The position numbers were made by a program, and so were the translations under genes. DNA of 64,000 nucleotides from Gemmatimonadales bacterium (lineage in GTDB: Bacteria > Gemmatimonadota > Gemmatimonadetes > Gemmatimonadales > GWC2-71-9), in NCBI GenBank assembly GCA_036390255.1, contig DASWCE010000089.1, positions 1,367-65,366 of the forward strand. Reading direction: 5' to 3'. Under the pieces are notes generated by a model. That model did no database searches. It was not told the origin of the DNA and worked only from the letters and a program-made list of their open reading frames with translations. This document shows, piece by piece, positions 10,411 through 20,101 of the stretch (the first letter of the stretch is position 1; each line of letters starts with the position of its first letter).

Positions 10411-11064
10411 ATGGCGCGTGTGCCAGCCCAACAGTTCCCCAACCTCACCGTGCTGTCGCATCCGTTGATCCAGCACAAGCTCACCATCCTGCGCGACAAG
10501 CGCACGAGCACGCGTGACTTCAAGCAGCTCGTCAACGAGATCGCGATGCTCATGGCGTATGAAGTGACGAAAGACTTGCCGCTCGAGCCGGTGGAGATCG
10601 AAACGCCGCTCGAGAAGACGTCCGGAAGCCAAGTAGCGGGGAAGAAGCTGACGCTCGTCCCGATCCTGCGTGCGGGGTTGGGCATGGTGGAGGGCATTTC
10701 CCAACTGATCCCGTCCGCGCGTGTGGGGCATATCGGCTTGTACCGGGATCATGCGACGCTGCAACCCGTCGATTACTACTTCAAGATTCCATCGGGAGAA
10801 GCCGACCGCGCGTTCTTCTTGCTCGACCCCATGCTGGCAACCGGGGGGTCGGCAGTCGCAGCGGTCAGCGCGCTGTCCCGCGCCGGAGCGCAGAAGATTC
10901 GCTTCTTGTGCCTTGTTGCGGCACCAGAAGGCGTGAAGGCGATGCTGGACGCCCACCCCAAGGTGCCGGTATACACTGCTTCGCTGGACCGTGAGCTCAA
11001 CGCCAAGGGGTACATTCTCCCCGGGCTGGGGGATGCCGGCGACCGCCTATTTGGAACTCGGTAG
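10411..11064 (+). CDS. upp: Uracil phosphoribosyltransferase
   Basis: 217 aa. [15 protein letters not shown]-terminus, PRPP motif [13 protein letters not shown]-terminal [16 protein letters not shown]. Confidence 0.95.
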   Translation: MARVPAQQFPNLTVLSHPLIQHKLTILRDKRTSTRDFKQLVNEIAMLMAYEVTKDLPLEPVEIETPLEKTSGSQVAGKKLTLVPILRAGLGMVEGISQLIPSARVGHIGLYRDHATLQPVDYYFKIPSGEADRAFFLLDPMLATGGSAVAAVSALSRAGAQKIRFLCLVAAPEGVKAMLDAHPKVPVYTASLDRELNAKGYILPGLGDAGDRLFGTR

Positions 11065-11117
11065 CGCCGCCGGATGATATCCCTGTATACTAGCCCGGTC
11101 GTGGTTAGGGGGGCTCT

Positions 11118-11477
11118 ATGCTTCGCTTGGTTTTGTCGTCCCTGCTGGTGGTTGTCTCTCCGACACTAGCGGCCTCGCAACAGGGAGGGGGGGGAGCGCC
11201 GCACGACAGCGTCCGTGGCGCCGTTCGCCTCGTGGACGCCCGCAATCACGCGCTCGAGGTCATGACGGGCGTGGGGATGACGCTACGCGTCGTGCGTCTT
11301 CAGGTCCCCGCCACAGTGCCCGTCACGGCGACCCCCGGCCGGGATCAGCTCGCGCTCAGCGACCTGAAAGCTGGGGACGTGGTCCGCGTGACGTTCGGCA
11401 ATCGGACCGGTGGACTCGTCGCGTACACGATCGAGCGGATCGGCCGCATGGCAAGCGGGGTGCAACGCTCGCCATGA
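11118..11477 (+). CDS. Small secreted hypothetical protein
   Basis: 119-aa ORF with signal-like MLRLVLSSLLVVVSPTLAASQ. Its stop overlaps the next start (ATGA at 11474-11477). Confidence 0.5.
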   Translation: MLRLVLSSLLVVVSPTLAASQQGGGGAPHDSVRGAVRLVDARNHALEVMTGVGMTLRVVRLQVPATVPVTATPGRDQLALSDLKAGDVVRVTFGNRTGGLVAYTIERIGRMASGVQRSP

Positions 11478-12646
11478 CGCGCCGCGCGCTGGTCTGCGCT
11501 TGCTCCGCCGCGATCATGCTGGCGGGGCAGGCGTGTCGCCGCCCACCCAAGCCCGGCGATCCCGTGCGCGGCCTGTCTGCCGCCGAGCGCGCCCGGTTCG
11601 ATCAGGGCAAGGCCGTCTTCGACAGCGTGTTCACACCGGAGACGGGGCTGGGGCCCTTGTTCAACGCGAACGGGTGCGCGGAGTGTCACGAGGACCCGGT
11701 GGCGGGCGGGACTGGCGACGAGGTCGAGCGGCACGCGAGCGTCTTTCATGAGGTCGCACCGAGCGGAGGACGCCAGTGCGACGAACTGGCGGCGCTGGGC
11801 GGCCCGGTATATCAGAATCACGTCACACCGGCTCTCCACACCGCGCTCGGCATCGACAGCGAGCCCGTTCCCGCCGCAGCGACGGCGGTCGCGAGGCGCA
11901 CCATTCCCGATGTCTTCGGCTTCGGTCTGCTCGATGCCGTCCCCGACTCCGAGATCCTCGCGTATGCCGATCCCGACGACCGCGATCACGACGGCATTTC
12001 CGGCCGCCCCAACCGATTTTTCGACGGCCGCCTGGGACGGTTCGGACGCAAAGCCCTGGTCCCGACGTTACTCGAGTTCAACGAAGGTGCATTCAGCGCG
12101 GAACAAGGCATCACGACGCCCGCGCTGCCGACGGAGGAAACGGTCGCGGGGACTCCGATTCCAGCCGGCACCGATCCGGCGCCGGATCCCGAGCTGAACG
12201 CGCAGCAAGTCGAGCTGGCCGACGCCTTTGTGCGGCTGCTCGCGCCGCCAGCACCGCTCAAGATGTCGCGCGAGGCGCGCGAAGGGAGCGATGTCTTCAA
12301 GCGGGTAGGGTGCGCAAAGTGCCACATTCCGACCCTCACAACCGGCGACAGTCCCATCGCGGCCCTGCGACATAAGCAGGTCGCCGCTTACACGGACCTT
12401 CTGCTGCACGACATGGGACCCGACCTGGGCGACATCTGCCTCGGGCTTGCGACGCCGACCGAATTCCGCACTGAGCCGTTAATGGCGCTTCACCTCAGGT
12501 CCCGCTTCCTGCACGACGGCCGGGCCAAGACGCCCGAGGAGGCGATCGAGCAGCACGGGGGTGAGGCCGCCAGGGCCCGGGACCTCTTCCGCGCCCTGTC
12601 GCCTGGAGAACGGGCGGCGCTGGTGGCCTTCCTCAAGACACTCTAG
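11474..12646 (+). CDS. Di-haem c-type cytochrome, DUF1111-type putative thiol oxidoreductase/peroxidase-like protein
   Basis: Two CxxCH haem motifs (CAECH, CAKCH) and N-terminal signal/lipobox-like MLAGQAC. Overall layout typical of DUF1111. Confidence 0.75.
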   Translation: MTRRALVCACSAAIMLAGQACRRPPKPGDPVRGLSAAERARFDQGKAVFDSVFTPETGLGPLFNANGCAECHEDPVAGGTGDEVERHASVFHEVAPSGGRQCDELAALGGPVYQNHVTPALHTALGIDSEPVPAAATAVARRTIPDVFGFGLLDAVPDSEILAYADPDDRDHDGISGRPNRFFDGRLGRFGRKALVPTLLEFNEGAFSAEQGITTPALPTEETVAGTPIPAGTDPAPDPELNAQQVELADAFVRLLAPPAPLKMSREAREGSDVFKRVGCAKCHIPTLTTGDSPIAALRHKQVAAYTDLLLHDMGPDLGDICLGLATPTEFRTEPLMALHLRSRFLHDGRAKTPEEAIEQHGGEAARARDLFRALSPGERAALVAFLKTL

Positions 12647-12726
12647 GGAGCCTTCCCACGTAACCCTTTTGTCGTCCCCCGTGTCCCATCAGTAGTTACG
12701 AGACCTGCTCGTCACCTCGGAGCGTC

Positions 12727-13269
12727 GTGGACGAATCACAGCTCATTGCCCGCGTCCGCGCCGGGGATAGCGCCGCAGAGCGCGCGCTGTATAACGCGCA
12801 TGTGGACCGCGTGTACCGCCTGGCCTTCCGGCTCGCGGGCGATGATGCCCTCGCGCAGGATTTCACCCAGGAAACGTTCATTCGCGCGTTCGACCGGATC
12901 GGCTCGTTCCGTGGCGATGCCGCGTTTTCGACCTGGCTGCACACGATCACGACCACGGTCGTGCTGAACGGCTTACGGAAGGTGAAGCGATTTCGGCAGC
13001 GGGAAGCGGACATCGACGACGCGCACGAGATCGGCGTAGTGCAACGGCACGCCGAACCGGATCTGAAAGCGCGGCTCAAGCAGGCGATCGATGATCTGCC
13101 GGAGGGTTACCGAACGGTGTTTCTGATGCACGATGTCGAGGGCTACACACACGAAGAGATCGGCGCCGCATTGGGCGTCGAGACCGGCACGTCGAAGGCA
13201 CAGCTGTCGCGCGCGCGGGCAAAGCTGCGCGTGGCGCTGTCTGACTTCGCAGGAGAATGGGTGAGATGA
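12727..13269 (+). CDS. ECF-type RNA polymerase sigma factor (sigma-70 family, regions 2 and 4)
   Basis: 180 aa. Region 2 (RVYRLAFRLAGDDALAQDFTQETFIRAF) and region 4 HTH (YRTVFLMHDVEGYTHEEIGAALGVETGTSKAQLSRARAKLR). Confidence 0.85.
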   Translation: MDESQLIARVRAGDSAAERALYNAHVDRVYRLAFRLAGDDALAQDFTQETFIRAFDRIGSFRGDAAFSTWLHTITTTVVLNGLRKVKRFRQREADIDDAHEIGVVQRHAEPDLKARLKQAIDDLPEGYRTVFLMHDVEGYTHEEIGAALGVETGTSKAQLSRARAKLRVALSDFAGEWVR

Positions 13270-13910
13270 TGGACCAGCACGAAGATCCCAAGTTCGAGCA
13301 GTGGCTGAAGGACGCGGCCCGTACCACGTACCACGCACCACGCACGCCGCCTCGCGAGGAGATGTGGACTCGGATCCAAGCCGCGCGCCAGCGTCGCCAT
13401 ATCATCGAGTTGCGTCCGTGGATGAAGTGGGCGGTGGCGGCCGCGGCCGCGTTGATCCTCGGGATCGGCATCGGGCGCTGGACCGCGCTGCAACCGGGTG
13501 CGACGAACGGCACCACCACGGTCGCCACGACCGACTCCGGACAGTCCGACGTCGTCTATCAAATCGCCGCGACGCAATATCTGTCCCGCACGGAGGCGTT
13601 CCTGACTGCTTTCCGAGAGGACCAGAGAGCGAATAGCGCCGATGGCGCGCGGTTCGCGCGGCAGGCGCGTGACCTCCTCACGACAACCCGCTTGATGCTC
13701 GACTCGCCCGCGGGAAACGACCAACGGTTACGGTCGCTGCTCGAGGACCTGGAGCTCGTGCTCGTGCAAATCTCGCAGCTCGGCGACGCCCACAACGGGC
13801 ACGACACCGATCTCATCACGCAAGGCATGAACCAATCGAACGTGTTGCCCAAGCTGCGCTCCGCGATCCCCGCAGGGCCGGTGCCGGTACGCACACAAGG
13901 AGCGCTCTGA
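13266..13910 (+). CDS. Putative anti-sigma factor, single-pass membrane protein
   Basis: Position immediately after the ECF sigma. ATG 13266 overlaps the sigma stop (ATGA), with AGGAGA 9 nt upstream. One TM helix WAVAAAAALILGIGIG. The ORF track start at 13257 is also possible. Confidence 0.6.
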   Translation: MMDQHEDPKFEQWLKDAARTTYHAPRTPPREEMWTRIQAARQRRHIIELRPWMKWAVAAAAALILGIGIGRWTALQPGATNGTTTVATTDSGQSDVVYQIAATQYLSRTEAFLTAFREDQRANSADGARFARQARDLLTTTRLMLDSPAGNDQRLRSLLEDLELVLVQISQLGDAHNGHDTDLITQGMNQSNVLPKLRSAIPAGPVPVRTQGAL

Positions 13911-15643
13911 TGTTGTCTTCTCTTTCCCTCTTGCTCGCCGTCGCGACTGCCGTGCAGGCGACTGCCAGGCCGACGCCCGCGCCGTCGGCGCGCGCGCATC
14001 GCCGCGCGCATGTCGCCACGATCGCGCCGCTCGCGGCCGCATCGGCGGAGCTCGAGGCGGCGGCAGCGCAGCTGGAGATGGCGCAGCCCGCCTTCGTGAT
14101 GTTGAGCGCACAGGCCCCTGTTCTCGCCATGACGCTACAGGGCCCCGCGTTCGCGCTCAGCGCCGCGCCGATGGCGATGAGCGCTGAGTTGGCGGAGCTC
14201 TCGGGCCTCTCCGGTCTCGCTGGACTCTCGGGTCTGGCCGGCCTGGCGTCGTTGGCGGATGTTGGGGACTTCACGTTCGCTGACGAGGATGAGCCGGAGC
14301 TGCGTTGGCCGCAGGACGAGGTGAGCACGCAGGCAGATGTTGCCGATTCGCTCTATCGGGCTGCGCGCCAGTCGCTGAACCGCAACGATTACGACCAGGC
14401 GGCCGGTCTGTTCCGCAGCATCCGCGATCGGTATCCAAAGTCGACTTACGTCCCGAACACGTACTACTGGGAAGCGTTCGCGCTGTATCGCGCCGGCTCC
14501 GACGACAACCTGCGTGCCGCGCGCGAGGCCCTGCAAATCCAGGCGTCGCGCTATCCCAAAGCGAGCACCAGGCGGGACGCCGAAGTGCTGCTGCGGCGCG
14601 TGCGGGGTGCGCTGGCCCGCGGTGGGGATTCCCACGCCGCCGAGGACCTCGAACGGGATCTCGATTCCATTGAGCCGGGGCAACCGGCACCGCCGCAACC
14701 GGTACAACCACCGCAAGGTCGCGGACCTCGGCCCGGTCGCGTACACGTTGGCCGCGACGACTGTGACGACGATGATGACCTTCGGATTGCGGCGTTGAAC
14801 GCGGTACTGCAGATGGACCCGGACCGCGCGGTGCCGCTCCTGAAAACGGTGCTCGCTCGGCGCGATGACGGATCTGCGTGCCTACGGCGCAAAGCGGTGT
14901 TCCTCCTGTCGCAGAAGCGCACCTCCGAGACGTCGTCGCTCCTGCTCAACGCCGTGCGCTCCGATCCCGACCAGGAGGTGCGCGAGCAGGCGGTGTTCTG
15001 GCTGTCGCAGGTGCCGGGCGAGGAAACGGTCGCGGCGCTGGACTCGATCCTCCGCGATGCACGGACCAATGAAGACATCCAGGACAAAGCGATCTTTGCC
15101 CTGTCGCAACATCGCAGCGCGCGCGCCGGAGTCATTCTGCGCGATTTTGCGGCGCGGCGGGATGTCAGCTCCGACATGCGAGAGAAGGCGATTTTCTGGC
15201 TCGGTCAGAATCGATCGACGGAGAACGCGGACTTTCTGAAGGGGCTGTTCAGCAAGGTCGAGACCGAAGACCTCAAAGAGAAGATCATCTTCTCGCTGTC
15301 CCAGATGGGCGGTGGCGACAACTACCGCTGGCTGATGGATATCGCGTTGAACCCGAAAGAAGACATCGAAATCCGCAAGAAGGCGCTGTTCTGGGCGGGC
15401 CAGGGGCACAACGTCGATGTCGCAGACCTGGTGCGGTTGTACGAAAGCATGAACGATCGCGAAATGAAGGAGCAGCTGATCTTCGTGTACTCCCAGCGGC
15501 GCGAAGACGCCGCCCTCGACAAGCTGTTTGACATCGGGAAAAACGATCCCGACCGCGAGCTCCGCAAGAAAGCGATCTTCTGGATCGGCCAGTCGCGGAG
15601 CCCGCGGGCGGCGCAGTTCCTCCAGGAGCTGATCAACCAATGA
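13910..15643 (+). CDS. Exported HEAT/PBS-lyase-like repeat protein with YbgF/TPR-like segment
   Basis: Signal-like MLSSLSLLLAVATAVQA. At least 7 repeats of the type VREQAVFWLSQ, IQDKAIFALSQ, MREKAIFWLGQ, LKEKIIFSLSQ, IRKKALFWAGQ, LRKKAIFWIGQ. Start overlaps the upstream stop (TGATG at 13908-13912), with AAGGAG upstream. Confidence 0.75.
   Translation: MLSSLSLLLAVATAVQATARPTPAPSARAHRRAHVATIAPLAAASAELEAAAAQLEMAQPAFVMLSAQAPVLAMTLQGPAFALSAAPMAMSAELAELSGLSGLAGLSGLAGLASLADVGDFTFADEDEPELRWPQDEVSTQADVADSLYRAARQSLNRNDYDQAAGLFRSIRDRYPKSTYVPNTYYWEAFALYRAGSDDNLRAAREALQIQASRYPKASTRRDAEVLLRRVRGALARGGDSHAAEDLERDLDSIEPGQPAPPQPVQPPQGRGPRPGRVHVGRDDCDDDDDLRIAALNAVLQMDPDRAVPLLKTVLARRDDGSACLRRKAVFLLSQKRTSETSSLLLNAVRSDPDQEVREQAVFWLSQVPGEETVAALDSILRDARTNEDIQDKAIFALSQHRSARAGVILRDFAARRDVSSDMREKAIFWLGQNRSTENADFLKGLFSKVETEDLKEKIIFSLSQMGGGDNYRWLMDIALNPKEDIEIRKKALFWAGQGHNVDVADLVRLYESMNDREMKEQLIFVYSQRREDAALDKLFDIGKNDPDRELRKKAIFWIGQSRSPRAAQFLQELINQ
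14198..14251 (+). repeat. 9-bp (Leu-x-Gly) tandem repeat inside the HEAT-repeat gene
   Basis: ctctcgggc ctctccggt ctcgctgga ctctcgggt ctggccggc ctggcgtcg, encoding LSGLSGLAGLSGLAGLAS. Confidence 0.6.
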
Positions 15644-16443
15644 CAACCCGTGCGTGGTGCGCGGTGAGCGCGCTGTTGCTGGTCGTGCCGAACGCAGCGG
15701 CGGCCCAATCGCTCGAGCGGCGCGTCGCGAATGCGCCGGATGGGACGGTACGGTTCAGCTTCGCCGCCCGGCCCGGCGTGTACGGCAACGGCCGCAACTC
15801 GATCAGTTGGGACTGCGACAAGGGGAATTGCCGCAATCGGCAGGTGGACGGCAATTGGAACGACCACGACGACTGGGACATGCCGTGCGATTCGGGCCCG
15901 GTGCGGGTGGCACTCAGCAAGAGCAGTGGGCGCATCACCGACCTCCGCGTGTATGTCGGCGGCGAGTGGCGCGCCAATACGTCCGCGACCGACCTCGGCA
16001 TGGTCGGCACGAAGGACGCGACCAGTTACCTGCTCGGGTTGGCACTGCGCGATGAGTCGCGCGCGGCGGAGAAAGCCATTTTCCCCGCCATACTCGCCGA
16101 TAGCGTGACGATCTGGCCCGACCTGTTGAAGATTGCGAAGTCCGACGACGTCTCCCGGAAGGTGCGACGCTCAGCGGTGTTCTGGCTCGGCCAGGTGGCC
16201 GGCGACGCCGCAACGCGTGGCCTCACCGACCTGGTCGCGGACGGTGGCCAGGATCGTGAGGTTCGTGAGTCGGCCGTGTTCGCGCTCTCGCAGCGTCCTC
16301 GCGACGAAGGAGTGCCGGCACTGATCCGCATCGCCAAGGAAAACAAGGATCCCGACCTGCGGCGCAAAGCCATTTTCTGGCTGGGTCAATCGGACGATCC
16401 CCGGGCGCTGGCGCTGTTTGAGGAGTTGCTGACCCGGCCCTGA
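15640..16443 (+). CDS. Exported HEAT-like repeat protein (second of pair)
   Basis: 267 aa. Signal-like WCAVSALLLVVPNAAAAQ. Repeats VRRSAVFWLGQ, VRESAVFALSQ, LRRKAIFWLGQ. ATGA overlap with the upstream gene at 15640-15643. Confidence 0.7.
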   Translation: MTTRAWCAVSALLLVVPNAAAAQSLERRVANAPDGTVRFSFAARPGVYGNGRNSISWDCDKGNCRNRQVDGNWNDHDDWDMPCDSGPVRVALSKSSGRITDLRVYVGGEWRANTSATDLGMVGTKDATSYLLGLALRDESRAAEKAIFPAILADSVTIWPDLLKIAKSDDVSRKVRRSAVFWLGQVAGDAATRGLTDLVADGGQDREVRESAVFALSQRPRDEGVPALIRIAKENKDPDLRRKAIFWLGQSDDPRALALFEELLTRP

Positions 16444-16455
16444 GTATCTTGTGGC

Positions 16456-17058
16456 ATGCCTTTCTGGACCGGACGGCGTGCCGTCGGCGGGATTCTCCTT
16501 CTCGTTGTCCTGATCGCGCTCACCTGGGCGGCCGTGGTGGTCGCGGTCGCCATTCAGGCTGCCCACGATGAAGCGACCGGCGCGGACGCGATCGCGGTCC
16601 TCGGCGCCGCGCAGTACAATGGCCGCCCCTCGCCCGTCTTTCGCGCCCGACTCGATCACGCGGCAACACTCTACCAGCGCGGCCTCGCCCCTGTCGTTCT
16701 CGTTACAGGCGGCGTCGGCGCGCACGACTCCCTCAACGAAGCCAACGTCGGCCGGGACTACTTGACCCGGCTCGGCCTGCCGGATGACGCGGTCATCCCG
16801 CTCGCCGGCGGCCATGACACGTACTCCTCGATCGAGCAGGTGCAGCGATGGTTCGCGGGCCGGGAGAGCCGTCGGGTGCTCCTCGTGAGCGACGGCTTTC
16901 ACATGCTGCGACTCCGAATCATCGCCCGGCGCCTGGGGCTAACGCCCTACACCTCGCCTGCCGCCGGCTCCCCCATCCACGCAAACGTGCGTCGCAATAC
17001 CGGATACCTCTTTGCCGAGGGGTTCAAGGTCCCGTTTACCTGGATGTTTCAGCACTAG
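16456..17058 (+). CDS. DUF218 (YdcF/ElyC/SanA-like) membrane-anchored protein
   Basis: 200 aa. N-terminal TM helix, then AIAVLGAAQYNGRPSPVFRARLDHA..VTGG..LLVSDGFHMLR, typical of DUF218. Confidence 0.7.
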   Translation: MPFWTGRRAVGGILLLVVLIALTWAAVVVAVAIQAAHDEATGADAIAVLGAAQYNGRPSPVFRARLDHAATLYQRGLAPVVLVTGGVGAHDSLNEANVGRDYLTRLGLPDDAVIPLAGGHDTYSSIEQVQRWFAGRESRRVLLVSDGFHMLRLRIIARRLGLTPYTSPAAGSPIHANVRRNTGYLFAEGFKVPFTWMFQH

Positions 17059-17072
17059 AAAAAGGATCGCCG

Positions 17073-17612
17073 ATGCAGATCGACACGAAGCGCATTCACT
17101 CGGGGCGAGTGATCAATCTGGACATCGATACGGTGCGCTTTCCTGATGGATCCACGGGGGAGCTCGAGATCATCCGGCACCCCGGAGCCGCCGCAGTCGT
17201 GCCCTTCGCGTCCGATCCGCGCGGCCCGGATCCAACGGTCCTGCTAATCCAACAGTACCGGTACGCCGCGAATGGGTCGCTAATCGAGGTCCCCGCCGGA
17301 CGGCTGAATCCCGGTGAAGACCCGGAGGTGTGCGCCCGTCGCGAGCTGCTGGAGGAGGTTGGTGTGACGGCAGGGCGTCTCGAGCGTCTTACTACTATAT
17401 GGACAACGCCCGGCTTCACGGACGAACGCATTCACCTGTTTTGGGCATCCGAGCTCAAGGCAGACAAGCACGCGCGCGAGCCGGACGAGTTCATCGAAGT
17501 AGTCCCCAAGCAGTTGTCAGAGGCGCTGCAACTGGTGCGAAGCGGCGGAATATCCGACGCCAAGACGGCACTGAGCCTTTTCTTCGTGGCTGGTTTCATC
17601 CTGGAGCATTAG
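17073..17612 (+). CDS. NUDIX hydrolase, ADP-ribose pyrophosphatase-like
   Basis: Nudix box GRLNPGEDPEVCARRELLEEVG. Start ATG 17073 (MQIDTKRIHSGRV..) follows the upstream stop. The ORF track's extension to 16848 overlaps the DUF218 gene. Confidence 0.85.
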   Translation: MQIDTKRIHSGRVINLDIDTVRFPDGSTGELEIIRHPGAAAVVPFASDPRGPDPTVLLIQQYRYAANGSLIEVPAGRLNPGEDPEVCARRELLEEVGVTAGRLERLTTIWTTPGFTDERIHLFWASELKADKHAREPDEFIEVVPKQLSEALQLVRSGGISDAKTALSLFFVAGFILEH

Positions 17613-17822
17613 CACTCTCCTCCTTCGGATCTAGATCGAATGTGGAATTGTGTCGTCCCCAGGCTCGGACAATATTCCCCTTTCGCATCCCGTTGCCACT
17701 CGCAACTGATTGCCCCATAAGTGGTTAGTACGCAAGCCTGGGAGGCACACTTTGTGCTAAGTGCTCATAAAGTGAATCAGGGCAGCGTCTTCGCCGTTTC
17801 CGCCAGAAACAGCAAGGTCACG

Positions 17823-18467
17823 ATGCGCAACGCGCTCAAGCGTCCCACGTTGGCTGTCGACTCGCAGCGAGCACTGCAGCGGGAAGCGTTGCATGAGCTC
17901 GACGACGGCCAGATCGTGATGCGCCATCTGGCGGGCGAGCCCCAGGCGTTCGGGACGCTGGTCGACCGCTACCAGACGCGGCTCCTCAACTTCGTCAATC
18001 GCACCATCGGTGATCGTGAGCGGGCCGAGGATCTCGTCCAAGAGGTCTTCATTCGGGTCTTCCGCCATCTCCACCGCTTCGACCAGACCAAGAAATTCTC
18101 GACGTGGATCTACACGATCGCGTCCAATCTCGCGAAGAACGAGTTGCGCAATCGTAGCCGCAATCCCCTTGTCCTATTCCAGACCATCAAGAAAAACTGG
18201 GAAGCGGATCATCGGCCGTTGCAGTTCGAGGATACGACTGCCCGGCCGGACGATCTCTATCGGAAGCGGTTCCTGAAGGATGCCGTTGACCACTGTGTCC
18301 AGCGGTTGCCGGAGCACCACCGCGAGGTGTTCGTGCTCCGCGAGCTCGAAGGGAAGAGCTACCAGGAGATCGCCGAAATCACCGGCTGCAATTTGGGGAC
18401 GGTGAAGAGCCGTCTGAATCGGGCCCGCAACAGCTTCGCCCAGCTCATCGGTCCCATCCTCGTTTAG
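17823..18467 (+). CDS. ECF-type RNA polymerase sigma factor
   Basis: Region 2 (LVDRYQTRLLNFVNRTIGDRERAEDLVQEVFIRVF) and region 4 (HREVFVLRELEGKSYQEIAEITGCNLGTVKSRLNRAR). ATG 17823 preferred. TTG 17721 from the ORF track is possible. Confidence 0.85.
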   Translation: MRNALKRPTLAVDSQRALQREALHELDDGQIVMRHLAGEPQAFGTLVDRYQTRLLNFVNRTIGDRERAEDLVQEVFIRVFRHLHRFDQTKKFSTWIYTIASNLAKNELRNRSRNPLVLFQTIKKNWEADHRPLQFEDTTARPDDLYRKRFLKDAVDHCVQRLPEHHREVFVLRELEGKSYQEIAEITGCNLGTVKSRLNRARNSFAQLIGPILV

Positions 18468-18517
18468 CTACAACTCGGCGCTTGGAACCCCGGCTGCGGA
18501 ACCCCCCGTGGCCGGGA

Positions 18518-19021
18518 ATGGTACATTTCTCACGTATGCGTTGCAGGGAACTCCTCGAGCGGCACAGCGATTTTCGGGACGGGCTGATCACCGGGCCCCG
18601 GGAGTTGCGTCGCGTTGCGCGACACTTGGCGCATTGCGCGGCGTGTCGGCGCTACGACGCCACAGTCCGTCAAGCGGTTCAAGCCTTGCACGCCACATCC
18701 TCCATCACTCCCTCGGCGGATTTTCGGCAGCGCCTGGACGCCCGCATTGCCGTCGAGCGACGGCGCGTGCCGCGCGCCCCAGCGCGGGCCGGCGTGTCGG
18801 CCACGATGTTGGTGATCGCCGCGCTGGCGCTCTTCGTTTTTGAGTTCACACACCGCCCGCGCATCGAGCGCGCGCCGCTGCTGCCGCCGGTCGCGTTTCC
18901 CAAGCCCGTCGCCGGTGCCGCGCTGCCGTTCGTTTCCTTCCAGGATCCGCGCGCCATCATCCTCGTCGGGAATACCTATTCCCCACCAAGGAGCCTTTCT
19001 CCGAGCACAGGGGCGCGGTAA
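18518..19021 (+). CDS. Putative zinc-finger (zf-HC2-like) anti-sigma factor
   Basis: Follows the ECF sigma. CRELLERH...HLAHCAACRRY His/Cys pattern and one TM helix MLVIAALALFVF. Start is uncertain (18482, 18518 or 18536). Confidence 0.6.
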   Translation: MVHFSRMRCRELLERHSDFRDGLITGPRELRRVARHLAHCAACRRYDATVRQAVQALHATSSITPSADFRQRLDARIAVERRRVPRAPARAGVSATMLVIAALALFVFEFTHRPRIERAPLLPPVAFPKPVAGAALPFVSFQDPRAIILVGNTYSPPRSLSPSTGAR

Positions 19022-19030
19022 CTTCGCTGG

Positions 19031-20101
19031 ATGGCGGCGCTCACGCTCGACGCGCTCCTTCGCAGCCTGAAGAAGGGCGCTCCACCCCCCGAAACTGTCT
19101 ACGTGCTGTACGGTGACGAAGACGTCCTCAAGGACGAGGCAGTGCGGATGCTGGTCGATGCCGCCGTCGGATCGAGCCGTGATTTCAATCTCGATATGCG
19201 GTACGCCCTCGATCTGAGCCCGGAGTCATTTCATGCGCTCGTCAACACGCCGCCCATGCTGGCCGAGCGCCGCGCGGTCGTGATTCGCGGGGTGGAGCAG
19301 CTCGGCAAGCGCAAGACGAAGCTGCGCGACGAAGTTCTCCGCTATCTCGCGACGCCCAATCCGACCACGCTGCTTGTGCTCGTCGTCGCAGCGGGCGAAG
19401 AGCCAGATCCCGACATTCTGCGGGCAAGCACCGCCACCCGGCTGGACGCACTCGCCGCCGAGCGGATACCTCGGTGGCTGCAGCACCGCGCAACGACGTT
19501 GGCGCTCACGCTCGCCCCCGACGCAGCGGACTTGCTGTTGAAGGCCGTCGGCAATGATCTCGCCACATTGAGCCGCGAGCTCGAGAAGCTGGCGTCGCTC
19601 GACACGGGAAGTGGTACGAGCCGGCCGGTCACGGTCGAGGATGTCTCGAGCCTCGTCGGGGTCCGGCGGAATGAGACGATATTCGACCTGGTCGACGCTG
19701 CCCTGGAGCGGCGCGCCGCACAAGCCGCGCGACTGGTCGAGCCGGTGCTCGGGCAGGCTGGGATGAGCGGCGTGAAGATCCTGTCGCTGCTGGGCACGCA
19801 CCTGGTCGGCACGGCCCTGGCGCGATCGGAACGCGATCGCGGTGTTAGTCCCAGTCAGCTTCCGGACACGCTGTACCGGCAGCTGCAGGCGGTGCGGCCG
19901 TACGGCCTGCGGCGCTATAAAGACGAAGCGGCCCGCTGGAGCGCATGGAGCGCACGCTGGACCGCGCAGGAGTTGGGCGACGCCCTGCGCGCCGCGCTCG
20001 CGGCCGATAATGCGTTGAAAACGGCAACCGTCTCGGATGACCGGGGGATCGTCACGCAATTGGTGCTCGGATTTGCGAAACTGAATCAGGAGGCTGCGTG
20101 A
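19031..20101 (+). CDS. holA: DNA polymerase III delta subunit
   Basis: 356 aa. N-terminal pattern VYVLYGDEDVLKDEAV.. and overall length and layout of HolA. Weaker motif support than the other replication genes. Confidence 0.75.
   Translation: MAALTLDALLRSLKKGAPPPETVYVLYGDEDVLKDEAVRMLVDAAVGSSRDFNLDMRYALDLSPESFHALVNTPPMLAERRAVVIRGVEQLGKRKTKLRDEVLRYLATPNPTTLLVLVVAAGEEPDPDILRASTATRLDALAAERIPRWLQHRATTLALTLAPDAADLLLKAVGNDLATLSRELEKLASLDTGSGTSRPVTVEDVSSLVGVRRNETIFDLVDAALERRAAQAARLVEPVLGQAGMSGVKILSLLGTHLVGTALARSERDRGVSPSQLPDTLYRQLQAVRPYGLRRYKDEAARWSAWSARWTAQELGDALRAALAADNALKTATVSDDRGIVTQLVLGFAKLNQEAA

Noticed and set aside
12655-12700. Possible ECF-type autoregulated promoter (GTAACC..N17..CGTGTC-like) upstream of the first ECF sigma gene.
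   Set aside because: The match to known ECF -35/-10 patterns (GGAAC / CGT) is poor, and I cannot evaluate it without a family-specific model.
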